A stretch of DNA of 64,000 bases from the human T2T-CHM13v2.0 reference genome, Homo sapiens. Positions 47,239-61,304 of the stretch are shown here, piece after piece; positions within the stretch are counted from its first letter, which is position 1; each line of letters starts with the position of its first letter. The translations under genes and the position numbers were made by a program. The stretch lies in assembly GCF_009914755.1 (NCBI RefSeq), contig NC_060929.1; one strand, 5' to 3'. The notes under the pieces are model-generated. The model saw nothing but the letters and a program-made list of their open reading frames with translations, was not told the origin of the DNA and did no database searches.

Positions 47239-48029
47239 TATTTTTGCTTTTCTAAACACTCATATATCATGCTTTTTTTGACATTTCTGCAAAATCAATT
47301 ACAAGCTCTCTGGTCCACAGTTTATTTCATCCCAACTTCTTCATGTTTTAGAAAATATCTTCTTGTATAAAATTATTTTAAAAATTGAATATCTGCCAAC
47401 AATCACATTTCTAAGTTTTATCAGGATCCTAGAATACAACTCCTCTCTATCTGAAGACTTGAACTCATTTAGATACGTTTTTAAAAATAATTTATTCACT
47501 TAGTTAGACTTCGATTATTGTTCCACATTTTGTAGTCTAGCAATCATTTTCTTGAAAAATAATATTGAATAAAAATAGTATTAGACTTTATTATACCATT
47601 TGCACTTCATCAAGCATCAGTTCTTTGCAGGGTTGTTGTTTCTATCATGAGTATTACAAAATTGCCCATTGTTACTTTTAGCATTCTTCACCAGCTTAAT
47701 TCATTTTTATCTTTTATCTTCCTATTACCAGTTTTACAATCCAGTCATCCATTTCCCTTTACTTCTGTGGGTTCCCATCCTTTTGTATCCTGTTGTGGAG
47801 TTCTTTTTTACTGCTTTCCTGATTTCTTCTATGTTAGGATCTCTCCTAATTGTACTGTGATGTTATTTTTACGTCTCTCAAAATTCGTGCTGTAGCTTCC
47901 CCATCTGAAATGATGCATTATCCCCATAGGTTATTTTTCCTCTGATTTTTATAAAACTAGATTGAGCTATGCCCCAGATTCCCTAACTCAAATCTTATAA
48001 ATTTTAGACAACATGTTTATTTGGTCATT

Positions 48030-48180
48030 TAGACTAAAAGAAAACATTTTTAGTGTGTAGAGTTCTAGACTTGAATTCAAATTCTTGGTGGGCTCTCTGC
48101 TATCTCTGTGTTCAGGGATCTATGACAAATAACTCTGGGTTTCATTTTTTTTCCTCTCATTTGTAAGGTAGGAATTAAAA
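48030..48180 (+). mobile_element. MIR fragment
   Basis: agacttgaattcaaattc...aactctgggtttcatttttttcctctcatttgtaaggt. Confidence 0.55.
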
Positions 48181-48938
48181 TTGAGTCACAGGAATCACAT
48201 AGTATGATAAAGATCCTGCAAATAATAAATTAAGACACATTGAAGATAAGGCTGAAAGGGAATGAGAGATGGAGAAGCAACTTTTCCTTACATTTGTTTT
48301 TGCTACTAGTTCTATATTGCTCAGAATAGAAGTCAGCTTGTCATTTTCTCTGTATTCTAAAAAATTTAGTTCTTGGCAAGCCAATAATTTATTGTAAGTG
48401 CTGTTTTTAAGTTTAAAATATCGATGTTTTTTGGATTCCAAAGCAACACACTCACATTACAAAATGAATTTAGACATTTTAGAAATATAACTTGTAGACA
48501 TGTAAAGACCTCCATAATTTCACTCCCAGGGATAATCATTATTGATGACTGCTAAAAAGCCCATGTATATTTTCTCATGTTTTTTCTGTATATTGACAAA
48601 TAAACAGACTTATAAGAAGTAGGCAATGTGTTTACTCTAACACATCTTAGATATCTTTTCATATCATGATTTGTTGATTTGTTCATTCTTTTTAACAGGA
48701 TGTACTACTGCCAGTGAAATGAAGTGATGTGTGACAGATATCTAGAAAGCTGAAGTGTCCCACTCCACTGGCTCTCACACCGTACCCATTTAGTAGAGTG
48801 TCTTACATTCCCATAAAAATATTTTTTTTTCTCTATTCTTTCTTCTGAGCTTTGGGGTTGGACCACACTCAATTGACAATAATCAATAATTTTGGATCCA
48901 CTAAATGGCAGTATGCTATATGTTAAACTAATACTTGA

Positions 48939-49234
48939 GGGGGGAATAGCATGGTGGCTCATGCCTGTAATCCCAGCACTTTGGGAGGCTGAGGCAGGCA
49001 TATCACCTGAGGTCAGGAGTTCAAGACCAGGCTGGCCAACATGGTGAAACCCCGTCTCTACTGAAAATACAAAAATTAGCCGGGCATGGTGGCGGGAGCC
49101 TATAATCCCAGCTACTTGGAAGGCTGAGAATTGCTTGAACCTGGGAGGCAGAGGTTGCAGTAAGCCAAGATCGTGCCACTGCAATCCAGCCTGGGGAACA
49201 GAGTGAGATTCCCTCTCAAAAAAAAAAAAAAAAA
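48939..49234 (+). mobile_element. AluSx-like with an atypical 5' end
   Basis: TSD ctaatacttga at 48928-48938 and 49236-49246. Confidence 0.93.
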
Positions 49235-51119
49235 GCTAATACTTGAACTATTAATTTTGTCAGCCCACTTGTTACTCTCTCACACAATGCTTGACCAGCT
49301 CCCCATGTTGGTAGTATAAGATGCAAGAAGAGAGGGTGCTCACCCCTGATGCTCACAGGAAGACATCTAAATGGAAAACGAGTCTGTTGATTTTCCTCCA
49401 AATTGAGATAATTTTTCCCTCACCGGTGAAACTCACCAATTTGGAGTTATAAAGACATGTTTGTCTTTCTTCTCTTTCTTACTCTCCCTCTCCCCTCCTG
49501 CAATAAGTGGATGTTTTACTTCAACAAGCCATGCAACTTCAAAGTCTAAGGCTATTGGTCTCAAAGACTCTTTTCAGCCTAAAATGTCATGAATACTTCT
49601 ACTCTGTCCAAGCCCTACGGATCAGCTTTTTTTGTAGGATTCCATTGCTTTGATCTTTGATGGATTACTGGCCGGATCAGAATTTCTGTGGAAGCAGATC
49701 TGAGAGCTTTTTGCTGTGGGGAGAAATTTTGGCAAGGTGTTTTTAAAAAATCTTGTTAGATATAGGACATAGCCTCTATGAATAAAATGATTTATTGTTA
49801 GCGTCAATAAATATTATCTAGATTATAATTTAATAATGAAAATGATTTCTGTATATCTAGAGACAAAGTATGATATGTCCAGACCATCATGAATTGCTAG
49901 TTTGATTGATATAAAAGCAGAGTGTTACACAATACTTCCTGACTGAGTAGAATAACTGTTGCTTATCTTTCTCTATTAAATCACATCAACAGTCAAATGT
50001 CCTATGTGTATAGAGTTTGCTAATTCCTTTATACTAAAAAAGTAGACTTAGCCCTTCTAGAATACGTTTATTTACTCCAGTCAAAAAAATAATTGACGTT
50101 TTGACTCTAAATTGCATTTTTAAAATTTCGTAATCCTAGTGTTGTTATGTTTTATTTTAATTTTCTGGTGGTCTTTTGATTTGTTTCTAGTACAGCAGAG
50201 AAACTTGCTTCTTTTACATTATGCTAGTTTGAAAAACATAATGAAAAATTCATTTCATTTATTTTTCATTGTTTTATATTAAGCATCCCATGTGGATTTG
50301 CATTTTGTGTTTCAAAACAGATTAGTGGAATGAGAATGACAAAGACTTATTTCATTTCCAACTGTTCTTAAATCACTTATATTTCTGCCTTATACATTTG
50401 TTACAGTGGTAGGAAACCATGACATGCTTTATACTTTTTAACTGAAGTCAAAACAGAAAACATTTTAATGGTGGGGTGGAAAAATCTCTCCAAAGACTTT
50501 GGTCCTGTTGTGGTATTTACATACTGATTCAATTAGAGCTAAGTGAATATTCACCAAGAAATAAAGTGGACTTTATAAATTTAGCCAGAAGGCAGGTGAT
50601 GATTAATTGTTTGACTTCTTTATTTCCTGCTTAATACTGAATTGACTCAAATGCATTATAGAAAAATGAAGCAGTCAATTAGATTTTCCTTTCTTTACAG
50701 AAGGTATGAAAACAAAGTCATACTCTCTAAGCACTAACTAAAGTCAAAATTATGGTTTTTGGCTGTTCTCCTCAATATTCATTAGTGGTCTGGAGAGCAG
50801 GGGATAACTCACAAGAGGTCACTGAGGATGCCTAGTAATCTGATGGCTGAATTTGTGAATAACTGTGATTTTCCCCAGTACCAGTAGTATGGAAAATGGG
50901 AATGCCTTTCTTTACAACTTTTTCAAGCATTTATGGAGAAACCCAAATGCAAGTATGATACTTAAAAAATGAAGTGTTTCTAATGATGAGAGTTATATTT
51001 CCTTTCTCTTTGAACTAATTTCTCTAGTTCTTCCCATGGGGGTAGGATTGCACTATGTATTATAATTTAGCTTATATGGCTCTTCTCCCATGGAAAGTGA
51101 CTTAGTAACAATTACAAAA

Positions 51120-51340
51120 ATAATGAACATTTATGGAGTCCTTAATATATGCCAGGCCCGTTTTCTAAGCGTTCAGCATATATCATCTCATTTAATCCTT
51201 ACAGTGACTTTATGTAGTTGTTGTTTTACATTCACATTTTACAAGTGAGGAACTAAACTATAAAAAGATTACAATGATTTTCCAAGGTCACAAGGCTAGC
51301 CAATGAGGGATCTGAGATTCAAATCCAAGAAACATGATTC
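51120..51340 (-). mobile_element. MIR(b)
   Basis: aacatttatggag...tgccaggc...atctcatttaatccttaca...cattttacaagtgaggaact...ccaaggtcaca. Confidence 0.8.
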
Positions 51341-51343
51341 TAG

Positions 51344-51713
<370 letters not shown>

Positions 51714-51734
51714 GATCTTGGATTTTTAATTGCC

Positions 51735-51990
51735 GTGTTGAGGCAGGCCTTCTCTGCCACTCCACGTGAAATAGCAATCACTCCTCCTACCCCACTACCA
51801 TCCAATTTGCTTTCTGCATCCTCTTTTCTTGTCTCTGTTTCTCCATTATATAGCTTTAATGGTTTACGTGTTTATTTTGGCCTTTTTCTCTTTGAATTTT
51901 ATGTCCTTGTGGGACACGGTTTCTTTGGCTCTTGGTTATATCCCAGTTTCCTAGAACAATGTCTGGCTGAAGTAGGACCCCAATAACAAT
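51735..51990 (+). mobile_element. L2 3' fragment
   Basis: tatatcccagtttcctagaacaatgtctggctgaagtaggaccccaataa. Confidence 0.6.
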
Positions 51991-52590
51991 TACACGTATA
52001 ATGAATATACATCTCAGGAGATTCCCAGCTGGGATAGAACTGAGATGGTTCAGGGAGGATTCAAGACTTTCACAATAATGAGCTTTAGATAAATAGATTA
52101 TTAGATAAGATGGAATGAGGGGAATTTTAGGACTAATGTGCCATGGTGGCCAACAAGTGGGATCAAACCAAATAAGAGCATGGATCACCAGCGAGTGCTA
52201 GGAAGTAGGTATGATACTGAGTGAGACAGGCTAGAAATCTGCTTCTAAGGCAAGCATCATAGATGTTCCAAGAAATGTATTTGCTTTACAAGACATGAAG
52301 TTAATGATGCCCTTTGTCATAGCTATTTTCAGTCTGCATGGCTAGCTCTAGGCTGAACAAATTATTCTCCGTCTTGAAGAAACAGCTCCCTGCTGTCTAA
52401 GGCTCTACTTTCAACACCAAGGACTTCTTGTTTCCTATTTCCTTACATTGGAGAAATCAGGAATTTGGTCTTTGTACCCTCTGATTCTTCTTTTGGAAGT
52501 CCTCTTTTGCCAATGGTCTGACATGCCTCCAGGAATAGATTTGGGTCACTCTCATCCTTTCTTTGATGAATAAGAATATTACTCATCTCT

Positions 52591-52883
52591 GCCAGGTGGT
52601 GGAGGCTCACTCCTGTAAATCCCAGAATTTTGGGAGGCTGAGGTGGTAGGATTGCTTAAGCCCAGGCGTTCGACACCAGCTCGGGCAATAGCGTGAGACT
52701 CCATCTCCACAAAAAATAAAAAACAAATACCTGGGCATGGTGGCACATTTAGTCCTAGTTACTTGGGGTGCTGAGGTGGGAGGATTGCTTGAACTTGGGA
52801 GGTTGAGGCTGCAGTGAGTGGTGATTGTGCCACTACATTCCAGTGTGGGTGACAGAGCAGGACCCTGTCTCAATATTTTTTTA
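52591..52883 (+). mobile_element. AluJ
   Basis: 19-bp TSD aagaatatta(c/g)tcatctct at 52572-52590 and 52884-52902. Confidence 0.92.
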
Positions 52884-53309
52884 AAGAATATTAGTCATCT
52901 CTACAAAACAGGCTAGAAAATATTTATGGCAACAGACTATTAGGCTAAGATCTTTGTTTAAGATCAATCTACAGATTAAAAGATTAATCACAAGTCAATT
53001 AATATGCTTTTAGCAATTTCTATTCAAGACATTGGTAGGCATTTGAAGAGAGACAAAGGATAATATCTTGGTCTCTGTCCTCGAGAATGTGATGGTTCAA
53101 GTTTAAAGAGATAAGTAGTGTATAAATAAGTAACTCTATAATAGAATAGAACGTAATTTTATAGCAATAAACAGTACAAAAAAATTCATTTTGACTCAAG
53201 CAATGCATTCCAAGGAAGGCTTTAGTATATCCCTCGAGTTAAAGTTAGGCCTTGAAAAATAGTTTAGCAATCAATAGACAGTAAATGAGAAGGAAGGCAT
53301 CCCAAGTGA

Positions 53310-53649
<340 letters not shown>

Positions 53650-53884
53650 AGTGGCATTCTTTATTAATATCTGCTTTCCCTCTAGACTGTAACTTACACA
53701 GAGGCAGGGTCTCTTTCCAGTTCTGTATACCTCCACATTGGCGCTCTCCAGATTGGAGAAGTTAAGTGCTTCATTAAGAGTTTGTAAAAGGATTCACAAG
53801 AAAATGAATGTTTGAAAAGTATGAGAAATACTCCAGAATATTAAATAGACCTGTTTGAAGCAGATATAACCATTAATAATTAAT

Positions 53885-54398
<514 letters not shown>

Positions 54399-55224
54399 TA
54401 ATAAAAGAGCTTGTGGGTTTCTTTTTTCATGTTTGTTTCCCATTTTTAATGGAAGGGATTACCAGAAGTCTATAAAAATGTATAGCTATACAAAGATATC
54501 TTGCAGCAGTATGTAAAATGGGTGAGAGGGAAGAGTAATGGAACTGGAGATAGCACTTACATCATGGGATGAGAACATGGACCCAAGAGATGGTGATAAC
54601 TGTATATGCATGAAGAAAAATGTGCTATGATAAAAGTTGGAGAAATAATGATTCAAATATTACTCTTGTTTTCACACTTGAATGTAGGAAAAGGGATGGT
54701 AGTCTAATTATGAATCTAGAAAACACATAACTTGGGGCCCATTTTAGGAAAAATATTAAAGTGGACAAGACTGGTTGAGTCTGCAGTAACTTCATAAAAT
54801 CTAAACAGATGTGAATACCAGGTAGTGCAAAAAGTTCAGATAATTTCCATAGTTTAAAAGGGAAATACCTGTCATTTCAGTGAACTTGATGCTTACTTTA
54901 GTAAACTTATAATTAGATCTCAGACATAGAAAGTGCAGATTAACAAAATATTTATGGGAGAAAAAATATTCTAGGAAGCAAATTTTGGACAGTGAATAAT
55001 CATAATTTTAAACACTGCAATCCACCTTAGAAATAATCTAGTCCACACACCCCGATTTACTAATGAGATACCTGAACCTTAAGGAGATGAAGAAGTATTC
55101 TAAGAAGGACAGCATTAGTGAGAAAAAGTTGGTCTCATCCTCCAGGTTAATGGTAATTCCACTGGGAAACCAAGTACGCCGATGACGCCATCTTGTAATC
55201 AACCTCCTACCCTCTCTTCCTACC

Positions 55225-55684
55225 TGTAGTGGATACTGCTACAAGTTCTTCTTTGCTGGATAGGACACCTATCCCCCAGCTACTATGTATAGTGATGCTA
55301 AATGGCTCACAGATGCACTTTTTTTCTGGAAAATAGCCTTTGCCTGAAGGAAGTCACCTCACACAGAGGTGTGAGGAGTTTATGCTCTTCTTCACACCTC
55401 TGTCAGGGTAGACAACTGTCAATATTTAGCTGATAATGCCTGTTCCCTTCATGTCAAGATGCAACAACTCTGGAGTGTTTCTCATTCTCCAAAGCATCCT
55501 GTGGGATCAGGCTAAGGTTAGATTTTAGTGGATCCTACATGTTTGCTTGGATTTTTTCCACGCCCCTTTGGCCCTTCTCACTTCCACAGAGGTTTCTGTT
55601 GTTTCAGAGAGCACTCTTCTCAATACATCTGTGCACAGGCGTTCCCATTTCAGACTCCACTTCTCAGGAGCCCAGTCTAAGACA
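55225..55684 (+). mobile_element. LTR33 (ERVL) solo LTR
   Basis: Starts tgtagtggatact; gtgggatcaggctaagg; ends gagcactcttctcaatac...gtgcaca...ccagtctaagaca. Confidence 0.78.
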
Positions 55685-58129
55685 GTAACCAATCTTCAGA
55701 CTTAGAGCTTCACTTATGGCTGCTGAGTGCTAACATAGAACTGTTTGGTGATGCAAACTGTGCTGTATTTGCTGGAGTCTGAGCAGTTGATTATGGGGTC
55801 TTTAGAGGCAGTATGACCAAGCAGTTGACTAAGAGTTTGGGTTCTAGAGTGAGAGAGTCTGAGTTTAAATCTCAGTGTGGGACAACTCAACTTCTGTGCC
55901 TTTAAAATAATCTACTTGCCTCATGAAATTTTACTGATAGGAAATAACAGCAAAAAAGGAGCAAAACTTAGCCATAGTGATTTTGAGTGAATAATTGGAA
56001 GTGGTAACAAGTAATGTTCCTACCCAGATTATATCAAGAGCAAAATAATTATAGGATATTTACTTATCATTTAAAATAATTTAAATCAATGATACAATCC
56101 TCTAAGTGACTAGTCAATAATTTTATTTTTAAGATATTACTCTGTTCTGTGTGGGGCTGGAGATTTGGCAGTTACAGTGGGGAATAATAAAATAATAAAA
56201 AAGAAATCAATTTTCTTCATCACTCACCCCACAAAATATTTTTGCTTACCTTTGATGGGTGGGTAGATGGGTGTTTTCAAGGATGGCTTAACGTATACAT
56301 TTTCCAAAAACAATTGAAATGAAAACGGAAACATTGCCAGTATGAGACACCAGGTTTTATGAACATTAGCATATACTTATTTGATCAATTTTTCTTAATG
56401 TACTAAGAAATTTTCATCTTTTTTATCCATAAATAATGCGTATTTTTGTGTTTAAGGTCTGGAGATGAGAAAACAAAAGAGTAGACAGTAAGTGACCTAA
56501 AATTTTAACCTCTGATTTAAACCTCTGTATATTGGCGTTATCACAATAATTTTTAGTCATGAATAATTTCTAGCCTGAATCAAAATGAATAAATACATAT
56601 TACAAAAAAAAGGAGAAAAAGAAAAAAAGGAGGGAAGGGAAAACAATATCAGTGAATATGACATAAACACCCATATGGTCAAAAGATTACTTCAAATGCA
56701 TTTAGGAAAAAAAAAGGGGGGGTGTTCTAATCAGCTCTCCTGGGTGATTGATTTTTAGTCGTTTCTATGCCCTTACCACATGGTATCTGGTGCCTGATCA
56801 ATTATTAGTTTGAACATGGAGTACAGCTTTTTAGAGAGCTATCAACCCCCTTGAAGTAAATTGTATCCTGTGGCTAAAATTTGACATGGTTCAGGAAACA
56901 CATACATTGTATATTCTTCAGCAGTGGGTTGCTATTTCTCAGACCCCTCTGAGGCATTTACATCCTCAGTGTTTGAGCCAAACTTTTGAGGGCTTGGATT
57001 CTTTGAAAACTTCAAATGCTCTGTGCTGTTATCAGACCAGTGGTGAAACTGATCTCAAAGTCCACTATTAAAACTCCCCTCAAAGACATTTTCATTAGAA
57101 CTTTGTACATGGGCAGTTCAAAAGATCCAGCTATTGGTTTTTGTTCAGAAGTCTTGTCTCCACTTTCATATTACGCAACTTTTTTGACAGACTTTCAAAA
57201 CCCACAAACTGTGGGCTGCCTGCAATTCCAGCCAGGATTTTATGCTGCTCATTTGATTTCCTCCGGCCACATCCTTCTCGTGTCCTTGTCAACATTGCAA
57301 GGAGAATAGCCGTCTTAGAAGATTTGCTAAAAAGCAGAAGCAATTTCACAGCAATGGGAGAAAAAAAAATATCTGACCTTTCCATGCACACACACACAAA
57401 AACCTCACTTAAGCAAATAACATTTTTAGCTGTAAAATTTCGTTGAGACATTTATTTATCAGACACATAGATAATCAGGGTGTTTATCTCTTTTCACTGT
57501 TTAAAATTTCATAAAAGGAGTCAGGAACCAATGTTTGTAAATTGCAGCAAAGGGCCTCTAGCCTATGCGCTCAGCACACATTTAGTGGAATTATCTACTG
57601 GAGAGTAAGTGGTAGAAGCAGCTGAGGAATTAATTATTGGGACAGATATTTTATATCTATCTGTCAGTGCAATCTGAAATAAGACTTGCCTCCATATTAC
57701 TTCTGTCACTTTGTCTGGCCTTTCAAAAGTGGCGGTTTCTGAAAAGACAGAGAATTGAATCATGTATTTGGCCATGATCCATAGTGTGAACATTTCAAGG
57801 CCCCTCAGTTCATTCTGAATGGAATAATTTGGGTGGGGTGTATAGAGTTTACTTGTGACATGATTAAGTGGTAGCCTAATCAGTTTACATAGGGTGGGGG
57901 ACCTCATTGGTCTCAAACAGAGATATAAATATAACTTTATATGTTACAATAAAAAGCAAACTTCATAGAAAACCCTGTGTAGCTTTTTTACCCACACTTG
58001 AGTTTTCTGGGAATATCATGATTCCTTATTACTTGACATAACATTTTACCACATGATTACTACATATGGTAAGTACTATATATGATTACTTGTATGTTAA
58101 CCACCATATTATAGATTTGACTTGCATTG

Positions 58130-58270
58130 TCTAACGTCATTCTCTTAACAACCACTTGAAGTAGATGGTTTTAATATTTTCATTTCATAGATGAGGGAAC
58201 AACGGCTGAGAGAAATTTAAAAAATTGTTCAAGATCCATAACTAGTGAATTTTGAAAATGAGACTGGGTA
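58130..58270 (-). mobile_element. MIR fragment
   Basis: catttcatagatgagggaacaacggctgagaga...gttcaagatc. Confidence 0.6.
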
Positions 58271-59061
58271 AAAGTGTTATAGTGATTAAAAGAGTAAGCC
58301 AGAAAATATGCAAGATCTAAAGTTCGACACAGCAAAAAGAAGTCTGGAATTCCAAAATCCACATATAAGAGCACGGTTAAAATATTGCATTCCTTTGGGA
58401 GGCAACATAAATTCTCCTCCATTTACTTGAGCCCATTTTTCCCCAAAATGTCTAAAAGACCCATGGAAGAAAAGAGAAGACCAGTAAAAGCACATGAAGC
58501 AAACTCTTCAATATTTAAAGCAGAAATAATATTTTCATCAAAATATTAGTTCCCCCTTGTTATTAAGTTAAAAATTAGCTTGTTATCAAAGAAAAATAGA
58601 ATTTTTCGTATTGATATGAGTGCTTTAACTGCATGCTTCCTCTCCTTCTTTCCCGACTCTGCTACCCCACAAACTTAACTTGTACTCTACCATACAATGA
58701 CAACCAGACAGTGAAACATGGTCTCATTTGGGTTTTCTTGTCAACCTTTTCAAGGAAGTATTGGGAGCGCAGTAGGTTTACCTCACACAAAGCATTGTAT
58801 CCAAGGCCAGTTTTAAAATGTCAGATAGTGAAGAGTTCCATGCTGCCACAATTCAGGATGCAGGTGGACACTGGTGAACCCTCAGATGTGTCTCTTTCAG
58901 ATCAAATGTAGAAAACGTACTGTTCCTATAAAAAGCTGTTAGCAAGTTCATGAACTTGACAGCACAGGGCAACAGTTTCCTATTGTGGGAAGAAATGAAA
59001 GCATACTATACCCGGTTTTCCTGATGCTTCTCTCGTATTTGATCCTTTTGAAATCATGTTC

Positions 59062-59080
59062 GTACTCCCCCTGCTGGACT
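59062..59080 (-). promoter_or_regulatory. Candidate CTCF site
   Basis: Reverse complement agtCCAGCAGGGGGAGtac versus consensus CCA(C/G)(C/T)AGGGGGCG; motif match only. Confidence 0.4.
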
Positions 59081-59722
59081 TAATCAGGTCTAAACAAATG
59101 AGTTTGGGTGGTTGCAGCCTGTTGACCTGTGGATGACACACTTTACATCAAGTTGCCCGGGAGTTCTGTTCCTTTATGCCTAGTTAAGTAGAAATCAGTC
59201 ATTTGAGGCCAATAACCATCTCACCCTTTTGGTACTGTGTGTTGAAACTTATAAAAGAAGGGCCAAATTCAGTATCGTTTGGATTAAGTACTTTCACTTC
59301 TGATAAAATATCAGAAACAAAAGAAGTGCTCCTATAAAATGAAAATATTACAAGGGTATGATTCAAGAAAATTTGTGAAACCATTAGATTTTTTTTTTTT
59401 TTTACTTTGAGGTACCAAAAATTTATAGAGTATTTGAGGTATAGAAAATCATACAATAATTTCAAAGAAGTGGTACTCATTATACATTTCTTTTTAACTC
59501 CCTTTAAACTAATATGTATATAAATATATTTTTTCAATGTTCAAAATAAACATTAAAATAATGATTTCTTCGTTATTGGATTATTAAAATTACCAGTGAT
59601 TTAATGAATAGCCTCTGTGAGTCAGGCTCTGAACTGTGCTCTGCAAATAAATAACAGTAGATCAACTAACACGAACACTCTCGAGCTCTGAGTAATATAT
59701 TTTTTAAAACTTGGATCATTTT

Positions 59723-60026
<304 letters not shown>

Positions 60027-61304
60027 TCATTTTATTGATCAAACAGTTCTGTGGACATTGCCCCGGATCAAGAATAGAATTATTGAATATTTTAATGCAA
60101 ATGACAGGAGATTCTTTTTCCGTTGTCATATTCCTATCTCTTCTAGTTCCTGCATCTTCCTAGCAGGGTAACAGCAAATGCATGGAGGGGAGGAAGAGTC
60201 ATCAGCTTGCCACTGGTATTTTCAGTGCTTATTTGGGGACTTTGACCTTGGAAGACTCCTATCTTATCCTCGTGAATCTGAGACACTATGTGACATTTAT
60301 CCCCTCGTAAAATTACTGATGGGTTTTAGCTTGTTTCTCACACTTCCAGAGTGCTTTGGAGGGTTCTTGGTCATCTTCAGCAGATGTGATAAAGGCCAAA
60401 ATTCCACAGATTCTACCGATCAACTAATAAGAGCAAGACAAAATATTATAAATTAAAGCGGGAAGTTCATCCAGGTTGTTCTGCTTTAAAGAAATAAAAT
60501 TACAGAATGATAGATTGCTTAACTCTTGGAGGAGAAGGAGAAAAAGGATAATTATAGGAGCAACTTAGACTTCACACCGCTCACACTTAAATAGATTTCA
60601 GATTAGCTATCTCCATTTCTCTGCCACAGTCAATGTGCATCACTTTGTGTAATCTTTGTGATGATCCTATGGGATTCATATACATCCCAATATTAAGTCC
60701 TATACTTTTTAGAATGCCTCAAAGAGATCTTCCCTGACTGCCTTTTCAAAAGCAGCATCATTTTTATTTTCTATGTCTTTTGTTTTTATATGATTAAGCA
60801 TTTTTTAAGAAATTTTTTTCGCTTACATTTTGAAATAAAGTGATTTTGGCATTATGGCTTTCTAGTGTCTTTTTTTTTTTTTCTATTTTAACGATTAATT
60901 GAACAAGTTTTTCACTTTGAATATGGGTTTCCTGAGCACCTGGAAGCCTACCAGGCATGTGTTCAATGCTGAATAAATAAATAAACCAATAAATAAATCA
61001 GTAAATCCTACTAGTTGAGGCAACAGAAAAATCTGGAACATTATTATGCAAATGTCAAGAAACTCTTGTCTAATCCACCTGGAAAAGAAAATGTTGTTAC
61101 CTTTGCAAAAAAAATAATGAGGGATCTTATAACTTTACAATAGACAGTGGTCTTTGAACCAATGATGGAAATAATAACAGATTTACTGAACATATCCAAT
61201 GTGCCAGACACTGTGTAAAACATTTGTAAGACATGTCTTTGAATATGCACAAAATTCAAATTTCAGTATTTAATAAAAAATGAAAATTAGTAGAATGGGT
61301 AGTC

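Noticed and set aside
56886-57916. Overlapping 60-117-aa ORFs in unique sequence
   Set aside because: Present on both strands without recognisable motifs; consistent with chance.
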